64,000 nucleotides of DNA from an uncultured Candidatus Berkelbacteria bacterium (GCA_963698075.1 OY969116.1:734131-798130); one strand, 5' to 3'; counted from the first letter of the stretch, positions 9,551 through 20,063 are shown. A program made the numbers and translations. The notes: generated from the letters alone by a model not told the origin.

Positions 9551-11763
9551 AAATTAAAGCTTACTATCTTTATTTATTGTCACTTATTTGGTTAGGTGTT
9601 TTGGCCGCCTTGCTTAGGTTTACTCATCTTAATGTCACTGGTCTTGGAATGACGTTGACGGTTTTGACCTTAATCTTTTTACCAGGGATTTTTCTCTGGC
9701 GGTTAATTAGGTTTGAAAACGTTAATTTATCGATTAAATTACTCTATATTATTGGCTTAGGTTTTGTTTTTTATTTTTTTCTCAATTTCTTGGCCCTCAT
9801 ATTTAAAATGACGCTCGGGCAACTTTCTTTTGCCATTGGGTTTTTTAGCCTGGTCTTATTTTGCTTAAGTTTTTGGGAAGACCGTCAAAATCTTTTCGAG
9901 ATAGATTTTATTTGGATTAAGAAACAAACAATTGGCGATTGGCTTTTGATTGCCCTCCTCCTTGTCGGTGTTATCGCCGCTTTTTTGGGAGTTGATGCCC
10001 AATCGAATAAGGTTATCGGTGATAGTAGTTTCCATTTGGCCATCCTCAAAAAAGTCCTCACAGCCGAAAACCTCTCTCCCCATAATCTCTGGGTTACCAA
10101 GACGACCAGCCTTAATCTTGTCTACTCTTTTCCTGTTTGGCATATCTTCCTCGGTTTTTTGAGTAAAATTCTTAATTTAAATACAATTACTACCTATACG
10201 GAAGTCCTTTTGCCTCTAGTCGTTTTAGCGATCATGGTCGTTTTGGGATTCATTAAGGCGGTTTTTCAAAATAAATATCTTGTCATCGTCAGTTTTTTGA
10301 CTTTTCTGGCTCTTTCTTTTAGCGCCGGAATTTTTTACAACCTGGTGCCGCTTCGGTCACCAGATTCCTTGGTCAGATTGTTACTTTTCCCTTTAGTTTT
10401 AGGATTAACAATTAATTATTTAATCGATACCAAACCCGTCAAGTCAAAAATTTTTGCCAATGTCTTTTTCATTTCTTTTTTGGCGATTTCGATGGGATTA
10501 GTTCACTTTCCTCAACTGATCGAATATTTTTTAATTTTAGGCCTCTTCTTAATTTTTTGGCTCATTTTTAACCGAGGAAAAGAAGCTTTGAAAAAACTCG
10601 CCTGGTTATTCTTGACTCTAGCTGTCTTAATCTTGCCGTATCTTTTAATTTTCCAATTGATGAACTTACGCCATTTTTTTCAAAGCAATTTAGCCAATTT
10701 TACCGATGATCATTTTCGTAATAAGTCTTACATCGTTTCATCAAATATCTATCTTTATACTGTCTTTGCTTTGCCGCTGATGGCCTTATTTTTCAAAAAG
10801 GAACGTCGGCTGATTTTTGTGGTCGCGATTGCCCTCGGTCTCTTGATGATTAGTTGGCAAGTGTTCCAATTACGCCTATTTTTTCTGAAATATTTCGGAG
10901 AAGTTTTTACGATTAGAGCCATCACTGACATTCCCAGTTTCCTTTATGTGGGTTTTATTATCTTTTTATTAATTCTTTTGCTAAATCTTTGTTTCCGAAA
11001 AAAAATCTTTGCCTACTTATCTTCTAGCGTTTTGATCGGCGGCTTTTTATTGATTCTTGCTTTCCGAGCTGCTCCAGTGAAAAATTTTATTGACACCGTG
11101 ATCATTTCTGCCAAGAATCCATTTTTTTATGACTATTTTGTGCCTATTTTAATCGTTCTGGTAGCGGTATCGATAGTAATCTTCGTTTACCAAAATTTTA
11201 TCCGGAAGAAAGATTTAACTATTCAAGATCCTCCCAATAAAATTAATTTCGTCGTGATAACTTTCATTTTATTGGCAATTTTATCCATGCCTTATCTGAG
11301 TGATTTTAGATATGTCTTAGCTCATAATCCCAATGGCTCGCTCATAAATAACCGAGAAATTCAAGCTGTCGGTGATATTCAAAGGGTCGGCGGCAAAGAA
11401 ACGATTGATTTTTTACAAACCCTGCCACCCAGGGCAGTCCTGATTACCTCGAGCATTACCGTGGCTCAGATACTTTTGCCCAATATCAGTCAGTATTTGG
11501 CAGAATATCCCTACGGCATCAACGAATTTAGCTATAGTCAAAAGCTTTATGACCCCAATCTTTCGCCCGAGGGTCGCCAAGAAATTTTGGACAAACACCC
11601 AGTTGATTATGTTATTTGCCTTAGATCTTGGGAGACTGTTCTTTTCGAAGGCCAAACGGGATTTGAAAAAATTTATCAAAAAAAATATTCTTATACTGTC
11701 CAAAGTGGTCAAATTTCTTATCAAAAAGAAGCCGAGTTCACCATTTTTAGCTATCTTCATTAA
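9547..11763 (+). CDS. Large polytopic membrane protein, GT-C-like (paralog C)
   Basis: GDSSFHLAI, FPVWHIF, PDSL and GGKETIDF motifs align with paralogs A/B. Confidence 0.7.
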   Translation: MKIKAYYLYLLSLIWLGVLAALLRFTHLNVTGLGMTLTVLTLIFLPGIFLWRLIRFENVNLSIKLLYIIGLGFVFYFFLNFLALIFKMTLGQLSFAIGFFSLVLFCLSFWEDRQNLFEIDFIWIKKQTIGDWLLIALLLVGVIAAFLGVDAQSNKVIGDSSFHLAILKKVLTAENLSPHNLWVTKTTSLNLVYSFPVWHIFLGFLSKILNLNTITTYTEVLLPLVVLAIMVVLGFIKAVFQNKYLVIVSFLTFLALSFSAGIFYNLVPLRSPDSLVRLLLFPLVLGLTINYLIDTKPVKSKIFANVFFISFLAISMGLVHFPQLIEYFLILGLFLIFWLIFNRGKEALKKLAWLFLTLAVLILPYLLIFQLMNLRHFFQSNLANFTDDHFRNKSYIVSSNIYLYTVFALPLMALFFKKERRLIFVVAIALGLLMISWQVFQLRLFFLKYFGEVFTIRAITDIPSFLYVGFIIFLLILLLNLCFRKKIFAYLSSSVLIGGFLLILAFRAAPVKNFIDTVIISAKNPFFYDYFVPILIVLVAVSIVIFVYQNFIRKKDLTIQDPPNKINFVVITFILLAILSMPYLSDFRYVLAHNPNGSLINNREIQAVGDIQRVGGKETIDFLQTLPPRAVLITSSITVAQILLPNISQYLAEYPYGINEFSYSQKLYDPNLSPEGRQEILDKHPVDYVICLRSWETVLFEGQTGFEKIYQKKYSYTVQSGQISYQKEAEFTIFSYLH

Positions 11764-11776
11764 GAATTGAGGTCAA

Positions 11777-12706
11777 TTGCCCAAATTGTTAAAAAAAGTA
11801 ATTCTAATAGTCCTGGTTTTAAGTTTAGTCTTTGTGATCGGGTTAAATTTTCTTACCCCTAAGAAAAATTCCCAATTTCGGGTCAGCTCTTTTAAAATTA
11901 ACCAACTCGACCAAGATGAAATGCCGTTTACCTTCGACAAGATTGCCCCTCTTGAAAATGATTTTCCCACCGATCAAGATGGCATCATTCTATATAATAA
12001 TCAATATTATCACCCCGGTCAGATTGCCGATGAGGGCTTATTTTTGGTTGATACTTATCGTCAAATCAACAACCAGGAATTCTTGCTTCGAGCGGAAAAA
12101 TACGCCCATAAACTTTTAGAGTTGTCGCTTAAATCAAATGGGGCGCTTTATTTTCCTTACCCCTTTGATTTCCCTTTACATGGCTTAAAAGATGACGTCA
12201 TGAGAGCTCCCTGGTATTCAGGAATGACTCAGGGCGAGGCCCTTTCCCTTTTTAGCCGACTTTACGGGATAACTCACAAAAAAGAATATTTGATGGCCGC
12301 CGATCAGACATTTCAAAGTTTCGTAAATTTTAATCACAATCCCTGGATAGTCAATGTCGACGACAACAATTATTATTGGATTGATGAATACCCAGAAGAA
12401 AACCCCGACCAAACTCTTAACGGTTTTATTTTTGGGACTTTCGGTTTGTATGATTATTATCTTTTAAAAAAAGATTCCTCATCAAGAAAAATGCTCATGG
12501 CAGCTTTTACCACCATCAAGCACTATTTACCAGCATTCAGGAATCCAGGGAAAATAAGTTTCTATTGTCTTAAACATAAAGTCCAGAATGCACCTTATCA
12601 TAAAATTCACATCAGGCAGCTGAATCAGCTTTATAAAATAACCGGGGATTCATTCTTCAAAACAATGGCCGATAATTTTTATCAAGATTATCATGAATCA
12701 ACTTAA
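11777..12706 (+). CDS. D-glucuronyl C5-epimerase family protein
   Basis: WYSGMTQGEALS, LNGFIF and YHKIHIRQL motifs; N-terminal anchor. Confidence 0.8.
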   Translation: MPKLLKKVILIVLVLSLVFVIGLNFLTPKKNSQFRVSSFKINQLDQDEMPFTFDKIAPLENDFPTDQDGIILYNNQYYHPGQIADEGLFLVDTYRQINNQEFLLRAEKYAHKLLELSLKSNGALYFPYPFDFPLHGLKDDVMRAPWYSGMTQGEALSLFSRLYGITHKKEYLMAADQTFQSFVNFNHNPWIVNVDDNNYYWIDEYPEENPDQTLNGFIFGTFGLYDYYLLKKDSSSRKMLMAAFTTIKHYLPAFRNPGKISFYCLKHKVQNAPYHKIHIRQLNQLYKITGDSFFKTMADNFYQDYHEST

Positions 12707-12711
12707 AAAAG

Positions 12712-13917
12712 TTATCTTACGAAAAGAGATTGCTCCAAAACTCGATAAAAATTTTCATCAGAGAATTTTTCGATGGCCAATCTACGGGCATTTTTTGAAT
12801 ATTGGCTGACGATTTGAGGGTTATTATAAAGCTTTAAAATAACTTGTGAAAGTTCTCTGGAAGCTCCAGGTCGTACGACTAAACCAACATTATTTGATTC
12901 AATTAGTTCTTTTAAGTTTTTGCCAGCACAAGCCACAATCGGCTTACCACACCCGAGATATTCGCTAGTTTTTGTCGGTAAGGCATTATCAGAAAAAAAT
13001 TTGTTTGGGGAAAGAGAGATTAAACCAAGATCTGAAGCATTAATCAGCTCGATAATTTTTTCCGTTGGTTGGCCATCAATGAAAATAATATTTTTTAATT
13101 TAAAATCTTTGGCTTGATGAATGAGGTTTTCTTTGTCTTCACCTTCTCCAACAAGGAAAAATATAATTTTAGGATATTTTTTAAGTAATTGGGCGGTTTC
13201 AATGACAGTTTTTAGATTTTGAACTTGGGTTAATGAGCCAACATAAATAACGACAAAATCATCTGGGGAGAGTTTGAATTTTGGTCGCGAGACTTCTGCG
13301 GGTTTAAAAAGATTAATGTCAACGGTATTAACTAAAGTAATTACCTTTTCTTTAGGGATTCCCATTTTAATAATAGTTTTTCTGATTTCCCCCGTCGCCG
13401 AGAAAATTTTTTGCGATCGGCGATAGTAAAGTCTCTCGAGGCCCTTCAATGTTTTTTTAATCATCTTGTTTGGTTTATAACCTAATTCGAAAGCAGAATC
13501 TGGCCAGAGATCACGAACATCGAAGATAAAATTACCCCTGCCCATCCAGATGGCAAAAAGACCGGCTAGCCCTGAAAAAAAGTTTGGTGAGGAAACAATT
13601 ACTAAATCGAAAGGTTCCATAAAAAAGATCGTCAAACAAGCCGCCAAAACGAAAACAAGATGGTTGATCGTTCTTCTAATAAAGCCCTTATTAGGAGTTG
13701 GCAAGTCCCAAACCCTAATGATATTTATTCGTCCGTCACGTTCTTTAGTCCAAAGTTTGCCACGATATTCCGGTGGTAGAATACCGGTTGGGTAGGAGGG
13801 CAGACTGGTGAGTACTGTTGTTTCATATCTTGAGGCCAAAAATTCAGCAATCCGGGACATCCTTTTGACTGGCGACTTCACTGGTTTGTACCAATGACTA
13901 ATAAGTAGCGCGCGCAT
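12712..13917 (-). CDS. Glycosyltransferase family 4 (WbuB-like)
   Basis: PSYPTG, DVRDLWPD and PTKTSEYL..GKPIV motifs. Confidence 0.9.
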   Translation of the reverse strand: MRALLISHWYKPVKSPVKRMSRIAEFLASRYETTVLTSLPSYPTGILPPEYRGKLWTKERDGRINIIRVWDLPTPNKGFIRRTINHLVFVLAACLTIFFMEPFDLVIVSSPNFFSGLAGLFAIWMGRGNFIFDVRDLWPDSAFELGYKPNKMIKKTLKGLERLYYRRSQKIFSATGEIRKTIIKMGIPKEKVITLVNTVDINLFKPAEVSRPKFKLSPDDFVVIYVGSLTQVQNLKTVIETAQLLKKYPKIIFFLVGEGEDKENLIHQAKDFKLKNIIFIDGQPTEKIIELINASDLGLISLSPNKFFSDNALPTKTSEYLGCGKPIVACAGKNLKELIESNNVGLVVRPGASRELSQVILKLYNNPQIVSQYSKNARRLAIEKFSDENFYRVLEQSLFVR

Positions 13918-14281
13918 GGCCTCTCTTTCTGACTGCCGCTCCTTTTTTGATATTTTTTAAGGCCAAGGCTCTGACTAATCGAGTGATTTCTTTTTCTTGC
14001 TCATTGGATTTGACATAGAGTCGATAAGTGGCATAAAAAAGCGCCACGATTCCTAAAAAGAACATGGCATCATTGCCGCGTTCCATCCCTAGGATTTTGG
14101 CTAAAAAATTGGTTTTGCCGGGAATAAAAACTAAAATAATCATTGCCAACCAAAGAAATGACCAAAAAATTAGTTCTTTTAAGTTTAAATCTTTAGAATA
14201 AAAACGAATCACCGCTCTCGACCAGGCAAAGACAGCGAAAAGGGTAAAAAGAATTTTGATTAAGGCAAGAGAAAGATGCAT
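13898..14281 (-). CDS. DUF2304-like small membrane protein
   Basis: 3 TM segments, LAKILGMERG motif, C-terminal EITRLVR coil; typical partner of the adjacent GT2. Confidence 0.75.
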   Translation of the reverse strand: MHLSLALIKILFTLFAVFAWSRAVIRFYSKDLNLKELIFWSFLWLAMIILVFIPGKTNFLAKILGMERGNDAMFFLGIVALFYATYRLYVKSNEQEKEITRLVRALALKNIKKGAAVRKRGHARATY

Positions 14282-14302
14282 TGTTTTGACCTCGTCAACT
14301 AG

Positions 14303-15013
14303 CTATTTAGTAAAAAATCTCCTGTAAATTAACTTGGAAATGATGCGCAAGGCATTGATATTTTTTTGTCCTTTTCCTAATGAGTAATCAGTATAAACAC
14401 TTTTAACCGGGACTTCAATTAATTTTAATTCGTGGCGGCCTATCTCGTAAAAAAATTCGCTCGAAACCTCCATTTTATTTGACTGAATATCAATTTTTGA
14501 TAGAGACTTTTTGGAAAAAGCCCGTAGTCCTGATTGCGAATCCGTTGACCAGACCCAGAAAAAGAGAACTGTAATTAAATTAAGTCCCCAAATACCAATC
14601 ATTCGATACCATGGCATTCCTTGGGGATTTTTAAGCCGTGAACCGATAACAACGTCAGATTGGCCATAGACAATTGGTCTTAACACCGGCCAAATATCAT
14701 CACTTTGATGTTGGCCGTCGGCATCAAAAGTTAAGACCACGTCAAACTGGTTTTCGCGGGCATATTCAAAACCGGTTCCCAAGGCACCACCCAAACCTCG
14801 GTTTAAATTATGTTCGATTAAAGTGATCCCGGCTTGTAAGTGACTTTGAACAATTTCGGCGGTTTTATCAGTTGAGCCATCGCTGATAACAACAATTTCT
14901 GTTTCACGGATTCCCGGGTAACGGCGGGGGATCGATTCTAAAACCGCCTTAATGGTTTTTTCCTCGTTGTAGGCTGGGATAATGATGGCTAACTTTATCT
15001 GTTTTTTTAACAT
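14303..15013 (-). CDS. Glycosyltransferase family 2 (DPM/DPG synthase-like)
   Basis: IIPAYNEE, DGSTD, DADGQH and DSQSGLRAF motifs. Confidence 0.9.
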   Translation of the reverse strand: MLKKQIKLAIIIPAYNEEKTIKAVLESIPRRYPGIRETEIVVISDGSTDKTAEIVQSHLQAGITLIEHNLNRGLGGALGTGFEYARENQFDVVLTFDADGQHQSDDIWPVLRPIVYGQSDVVIGSRLKNPQGMPWYRMIGIWGLNLITVLFFWVWSTDSQSGLRAFSKKSLSKIDIQSNKMEVSSEFFYEIGRHELKLIEVPVKSVYTDYSLGKGQKNINALRIISKLIYRRFFTK

Positions 15014-15035
15014 CGATTAAATTTTAATCTATGTT
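15009..15035. promoter_or_regulatory. 27-bp 11-5-11 palindrome, copy 1
   Basis: AACATCGATTA-AATTT-TAATCTATGTT, overlapping the GT2 start codon. Confidence 0.7.
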
Positions 15036-15132
15036 TTCCAATGGTGATTGTGACTTTACCATACAACGGCTTTGGGAACTTTGGCAAGTCCCCTATCTTT
15101 TTACCTTAAAATTTGCTAAAATATCTGTAGAT

Positions 15133-15219
15133 GGAGAGATGGCAGAGTGGCCGATTGCGCCGCACTTGAAATGCGGTATCCTCGCAAGGGGATCGGGGGT
15201 TCGAATCCCTCTCTCTCCG
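15133..15219 (+). tRNA. tRNA-Ser(TGA)
   Basis: GGAGAGA acceptor stem, anticodon arm CCGCA-cttgaaa-TGCGG, long variable arm, GGTTCGAATCC. Confidence 0.95.
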
Positions 15220-15247
15220 AATTGGATTTAGTGTATGATAATTTTAT

Positions 15248-15339
15248 GGAGAGGTCGCATAGTTTGGCCTAGTGCGGCACGGTGCTAACGTGCTGAGTCC
15301 GCAAGGGCTCCGTGGGTTCGAATCCCACCCTCTCCGCCA
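15248..15339 (+). tRNA. tRNA-Ser(GCT)
   Basis: Anticodon arm GCACG-gtgctaa-CGTGC, long variable arm, T-loop, encoded CCA. Confidence 0.93.
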
Positions 15340-15500
15340 AGCCAAAATGTCCAATTCTTTTGGATGTTTTGGCTTGAGGGTTGGTGAGAACCCACAAATG
15401 ACAGTCATGTTATAACAATGAGACATTTACAGAAAGCACGAAAAAGACATTTAAGATAGATTTAACAAAACTTGATTGAGACGTCGGTTGGACACCGACC

Positions 15501-15523
15501 TTCGAATCCCACCCTCTCCGCCA
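15501..15523 (+). repeat. 23-bp duplication of the tRNA-Ser(GCT) 3' end (att-like)
   Basis: TTCGAATCCCACCCTCTCCGCCA identical to 15317-15339. Confidence 0.9.
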
Positions 15524-15608
15524 CGTAATAAATTTGTGAACAAATTTAAACGTGGCTGAGACGTTTAAATCTATTGATTTATTACGTCTCGCCAAAATTA
15601 AAAAATAT

Positions 15609-16457
15609 ATGAAATTTTCTTTCAAATTAAAAAAACGTTTGGGGATTACCGAACTTCAGAAAAACACTCGCCAATTGATCGAAATTCTTTCGGAAAATTA
15701 CGTCAAGGAAAATCTCTTTCAAAATCCTAAATATCAAAACCCAAAAAAACTCAACCGCTTTGAATTTCAGGTTTTTTCCCAAAACGGTGAAGACGGCATT
15801 ATCGAAGAAATTTTTAAGCGTATTGGCACAACAAATAAGTTTTTTGTTGAGTTTGGCGCTGCCAATGGTCTTTGGAACAATACCACCCACCTTCTTATTA
15901 AAGATTGGAAGGGTTTATGGATTGAGGGTGATGAGGAATGTATTGCTGAGATTAAGACCAAGTTCGCTCGTCTTATTGATAAGAAAAAATTAATTATTCG
16001 AAAAGACTATGTGACTCCAGAGAATGTTGAAGATTTATTTAAAGAAGCCCGGGTTCTCCAGGATTTTGACCTTTGCTCCATTGATATTGACGGCAATGAC
16101 TACTGGGTTTGGCAGGCGATCCGAGAATTTAAGCCCCGCGTCATGACAATCGAATACAACTCTTTATTTCGTCCGGAGACCAAATGGGTGATGAAATACA
16201 ACCCCAAACATTTCTGGAATCAAACTTGCTATGCTGGCGCCAGCCTAAAGTCACTCGAAATATTAGGAGCCCAAAAAGGCTATAGGCTGGTTGCCTGCGA
16301 CTTCCTTGGTGTCAATGCCTTTTTCGTCAGGAAAGATTTAGTCAAAGATAAATTCCTCTCTCCATTCACTGCCGAGAATCATTACGAGCCGCCCCGCTAT
16401 TTTCTTTCGCGATCGCTTGGCCACCCCCGCGATTTCGGCGATTTTGAAAATATCTAA
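15609..16457 (+). CDS. FkbM-like methyltransferase-family protein
   Basis: FSQNGEDGII, FVEFGA and SIDIDGNDYWVW motifs. Confidence 0.75.
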   Translation: MKFSFKLKKRLGITELQKNTRQLIEILSENYVKENLFQNPKYQNPKKLNRFEFQVFSQNGEDGIIEEIFKRIGTTNKFFVEFGAANGLWNNTTHLLIKDWKGLWIEGDEECIAEIKTKFARLIDKKKLIIRKDYVTPENVEDLFKEARVLQDFDLCSIDIDGNDYWVWQAIREFKPRVMTIEYNSLFRPETKWVMKYNPKHFWNQTCYAGASLKSLEILGAQKGYRLVACDFLGVNAFFVRKDLVKDKFLSPFTAENHYEPPRYFLSRSLGHPRDFGDFENI

Positions 16458-16472
16458 ATTTTGTGCTAACTT

Positions 16473-17360
16473 TTGAAGGCCATGACTTTTCCAAACGGTA
16501 AACAATTTGCCTTTAGCATTGTTGATGACACGGACGGGGACGAAATCGAAAACACCCGTCCAATTTATGAATTTTTGGTCAATTTGGGTCTGAAAACTAC
16601 CAAGACCGTTTGGGCACAAAAATCCCGTGATGGTTTTAAGGGTCTTTCTTTAGAGGATTATCGATATCGCCAATACATTAAAAAACTCGAACGATCAGGT
16701 TTTGAAATTGCTTTCCATGGCGTCGGCTCAGGTCGATTTACCCGACAAGATATTATCGATGGCCTTGAGGTTTTTCACCAATTCATGGGTTTTTATCCCA
16801 AAATTCAGATTAATCACGGTCAAAATCCTGACAACCTCTATTGGGGCGTCAAAAGATTTTCTTTTTTGCGGCCTTTTTGGCGCTGGAGCCATTTTCGCGG
16901 CGACGATCCCGAATCAATTTATTTCTGGGGCGATTACGCCCAAAAATATATCAAATTCATCCGCAATTTTACCTTTAAAAAACTTAACTTGCTCAAGTTT
17001 GACCCATTTATGCCTTATAAAGAAACCAGAAAAGTTTATGCCAATTATTGGTTTAGCGCCACCGAAGCCCCAGATGTGGTCAAATTTAACAAAATCGTAA
17101 ATCAGGAAAGCCTCGATCGTTTAATTAAAGAGAAAGGCATGGCCATTGTCTATACTCATTTTGCCTCGGGATTTTGCCGAGCCGGGCGCCTCGATCGCAC
17201 CTTTCAGCGGAATATGGTCTATCTTGCCCGTCGAAATGGCTGGTTTGTACCGGCAGGTGATTTGTTGGATTATCTTTTAAAACAGGGTAGAGGCAAAGAG
17301 ATTAGTTCTTGGCAAAAATTAAGTCTCGAAGCCGAATGGTTGCTTAATAGAATATTTTAA
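16473..17360 (+). CDS. Polysaccharide deacetylase-like protein
   Basis: FAFSIVDDTD, FEIAFHG and VYTHF motifs. Confidence 0.65.
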   Translation: MKAMTFPNGKQFAFSIVDDTDGDEIENTRPIYEFLVNLGLKTTKTVWAQKSRDGFKGLSLEDYRYRQYIKKLERSGFEIAFHGVGSGRFTRQDIIDGLEVFHQFMGFYPKIQINHGQNPDNLYWGVKRFSFLRPFWRWSHFRGDDPESIYFWGDYAQKYIKFIRNFTFKKLNLLKFDPFMPYKETRKVYANYWFSATEAPDVVKFNKIVNQESLDRLIKEKGMAIVYTHFASGFCRAGRLDRTFQRNMVYLARRNGWFVPAGDLLDYLLKQGRGKEISSWQKLSLEAEWLLNRIF

Positions 17361-17410
17361 TTCTTGAAAAAAAGTCTCTTCTGGAGTAAAATAATAATAA
17401 GTTCGATCAT

Positions 17411-17483
17411 GTCCCCATAGCTCAGCGGATAGAGCGTCAGCTTGCGGAGCTGAAGGTCGGGTGTTCAAATCACCCTGGGGACG
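17411..17483 (+). tRNA. tRNA-Arg(GCG)
   Basis: GTCCCCA/TGGGGAC acceptor, D-arm AGCTCAGCGGATAGAGC, anticodon arm TCAGC-ttgcgga-GCTGA. Confidence 0.92.
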
Positions 17484-17493
17484 CTATTTTATT

Positions 17494-18954
17494 ATGTCTT
17501 ATACCCGCCGCGTGGCCTTCAATACTATCGTTCAAGTCATTGGTAAGGTTCTCACCACCTTGATTTCTTTATTTTTGGTTGCCGCGCTTACCCGTTACTT
17601 GGGCGTTTCCGGTTATGGCCAATACACCACGATTTTTGCCTTCACTCAATTTTTTGCCGTTTTTGCCGATTTCGGCTTTTTTTGGTTTTTGGTTCGTGAG
17701 ATTTCCAAACCCGACGCGCCGCAAGAGAAGATTTTTAACAATGTCCTCACTTTTCGCACTTTTGTGGCATTGGTGGTTTTTGTTATTGCCTTTATCGCGG
17801 CGTTATTCATTCCTCAATATCATGATTTCCGTTTCGGCATCGGGATTATTGCCGCCGCCTCTTTCTGGCAAGTTCTCAATGGTACTTATGTCGGTATTTT
17901 CCAGAATCGTCTGAGAATGGACAAAGCGGCTTTGACTGATGTCTTAGGCCGTCTTGTGATTTTGTTAATAGTGCTTTGGCAAATCAAAACTGGTACTAAC
18001 TTAAACAGAATCCTCTGGTCATATTTTGCCGGCAACATGGTTAATTTCCTCGCCAGCGCCTTTTTGGGACGGATTTATCTTCGCTTTCGACCGGCTTTCG
18101 ATTTTGGCTACTGGCGACGGATAATCACCGAATGCTTTCCGATTTTTTTGGTCTCAATCTTGAGTCTGATATCTTTCAAAATCGACACGGTCATGCTTTC
18201 GCTTTTAAAAAGTTCAACCGATGTCGGCATTTACGGACCGCCCTACAAAGTCATTGAAATTTTCATCCTTTTGCCAGGGATTTTTATGGGCAATGTTTTT
18301 CCGATTTTGACCAGTTACATTTATTCGCAAGACAAGCGACTTTTTGGCGCCTTTCAAAAATCTTTCGACTTTTTAATCATTGCCGCTTTGCCCCTGGTTG
18401 CTGCCGTCATTGTTTTGGCCGAAAGGGTTATCAGGATAGTTGCTGGCCAGGATTTTGTCAGCGCCCATACCATTGGGCCAGTTTTGGGCCTCCCGGCTAC
18501 TTCAGTTCTGGCTTTACAAATTCTCATCATTGCCGTCGCCATCGCTTATATTTCCCACCTTTTCAATTACATGGTCATTGCCTTGGGTAAACAAGCTAAG
18601 CTCATTGGTCCCAATATAATTTTTGTGATTTTTAATGTGGCCTTAAACTTATTTTTAATCCCAAGATTCTCTTATATCGGGGCCGCCCTGGTCACGGTTT
18701 TAACCGAGATAGTCGTGGTTTCTCTCTACTTTAGGGTTTTGCGTCGCTATCTGGTAATTAAGATTAACCTGGACATCTTGCCAAAAACGATTCTTGCGGC
18801 TATAATCTTGGGTCTGACCCTTTACTGGCTAAGATTTTTAAGTCTCTGGTATTTGGTGCCAATCGGGATAGTCATCTATTCGATTGCTTTATTCTTAGTC
18901 AGAGGCATATCCAAAGAAATGATCCTCGCCGTTATTAAGCCAAAAAACTCATGA
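17494..18954 (+). CDS. Oligosaccharide flippase (Wzx/MOP family)
   Basis: RYLG..GYGQY, DFGF, IDTVMLS...VGIY and LNLFLIP...IGAA motifs; start moved to the ATG after the tRNA. Confidence 0.9.
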   Translation: MSYTRRVAFNTIVQVIGKVLTTLISLFLVAALTRYLGVSGYGQYTTIFAFTQFFAVFADFGFFWFLVREISKPDAPQEKIFNNVLTFRTFVALVVFVIAFIAALFIPQYHDFRFGIGIIAAASFWQVLNGTYVGIFQNRLRMDKAALTDVLGRLVILLIVLWQIKTGTNLNRILWSYFAGNMVNFLASAFLGRIYLRFRPAFDFGYWRRIITECFPIFLVSILSLISFKIDTVMLSLLKSSTDVGIYGPPYKVIEIFILLPGIFMGNVFPILTSYIYSQDKRLFGAFQKSFDFLIIAALPLVAAVIVLAERVIRIVAGQDFVSAHTIGPVLGLPATSVLALQILIIAVAIAYISHLFNYMVIALGKQAKLIGPNIIFVIFNVALNLFLIPRFSYIGAALVTVLTEIVVVSLYFRVLRRYLVIKINLDILPKTILAAIILGLTLYWLRFLSLWYLVPIGIVIYSIALFLVRGISKEMILAVIKPKNS

Positions 18955-20027
18955 AAATAGCGATAGATACCCAGACAACTTTAGGTCAAAAATCAGGGTT
19001 TGGTTTTTACGTCAAAAATTTGGTCGAGGCCCTGGCTAAGGTTGATCACCAGAATGAATATTTTTTGATTCGCCCCAACACCGAAAAAGATTTTTCGACT
19101 CCTCAAAGATTGCTCTGGGATCAGGTAATTTTTCCTAATCGCGCCCGGCAAAAAAAAGTTGATTTACTCCATCAGCCCTGTTTTTCGGCCCCCTTGTTAT
19201 ATCCAGGCCGCGTGATTGTTACTTGTCACGATCTTATTTCCATCTTTTTCCCGGCAAATCTTCCCCTGGCTTCCCGTCTTTTTTACTCTCAATGGGAACC
19301 ATTTTCTTATCGCAAGGCCTCAAAAATTATCGCAATATCGGAGCACACCAAAAAGGATTTAATGGCTTTTTTGAAGATTCCCGAAGAAAAAATCAGCGTT
19401 ATCCAATTGGCGGCTTCAAGAGATTTTCGACCCGTTAAATCGAAGAAAACTTTAAAAAAAATTCAAAAGAAGTATCGCACCGGGCCAAATTATATTTTGG
19501 ATGTCGGTACCCTAGAACCGCGCAAGAATTTGTCTTTCTTGGTTCGTGCCTACGCCCTGGCGGTTCGCGAGGGAGCTGACGTCAATTTGGTGATTACTGG
19601 TAAAAAAGGTTGGTATTTTGAAGGATTATTTAAATTAGTAGCCGAGCTCAATTTAAAAAATAAAATCATCTTCACCGGCTATGTTGAGGAGAAGAACCTC
19701 CCTGCCCTTTATTCCGGCGCCAAAGCCTTTGTTTTCCCCAGTCTTTATGAAGGTTTTGGTCTGCCGCCGCTGGAGGCGATGGCCTGTGGCGCACCCGTAA
19801 TTTCTTCGAGTACCTCCTCCATGCCCGAGGTCATTGGCCAAGCAGGAATCCTTATTTCGCCCAAAGATGAACGGGTCTGGGCCCAAAATATTCTCAAAAT
19901 CCTCCGTGACAAAGGTTTAGCCCGGACTTTAAGCCAAATGGGTTTAAGACAGGCGAAGAAGTTTTCGTGGGAAGAGACCGCCCGAAAAACCATCGAAGTC
20001 TATAAGGAGGTTATAAATTATACGTGA
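18951..20027 (+). CDS. Glycosyltransferase family 4
   Basis: GTLEPRKN and [19 protein letters not shown] motifs. Confidence 0.95.
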   Translation: MKIAIDTQTTLGQKSGFGFYVKNLVEALAKVDHQNEYFLIRPNTEKDFSTPQRLLWDQVIFPNRARQKKVDLLHQPCFSAPLLYPGRVIVTCHDLISIFFPANLPLASRLFYSQWEPFSYRKASKIIAISEHTKKDLMAFLKIPEEKISVIQLAASRDFRPVKSKKTLKKIQKKYRTGPNYILDVGTLEPRKNLSFLVRAYALAVREGADVNLVITGKKGWYFEGLFKLVAELNLKNKIIFTGYVEEKNLPALYSGAKAFVFPSLYEGFGLPPLEAMACGAPVISSSTSSMPEVIGQAGILISPKDERVWAQNILKILRDKGLARTLSQMGLRQAKKFSWEETARKTIEVYKEVINYT

Positions 20028-20063
20028 TACGTATATACGTGTAACTTTTAACTTTTAACACTT

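Noticed and set aside
15031-15625. Short ORFs around the tRNA-Ser pair
   Set aside because: They overlap tRNA genes; the repeated WRRGWDS peptide is just the antisense tRNA 3' end.
17461-17493. N-terminal extension of the flippase
   Set aside because: Overlaps tRNA-Arg; ATG 17494 is the plausible start.
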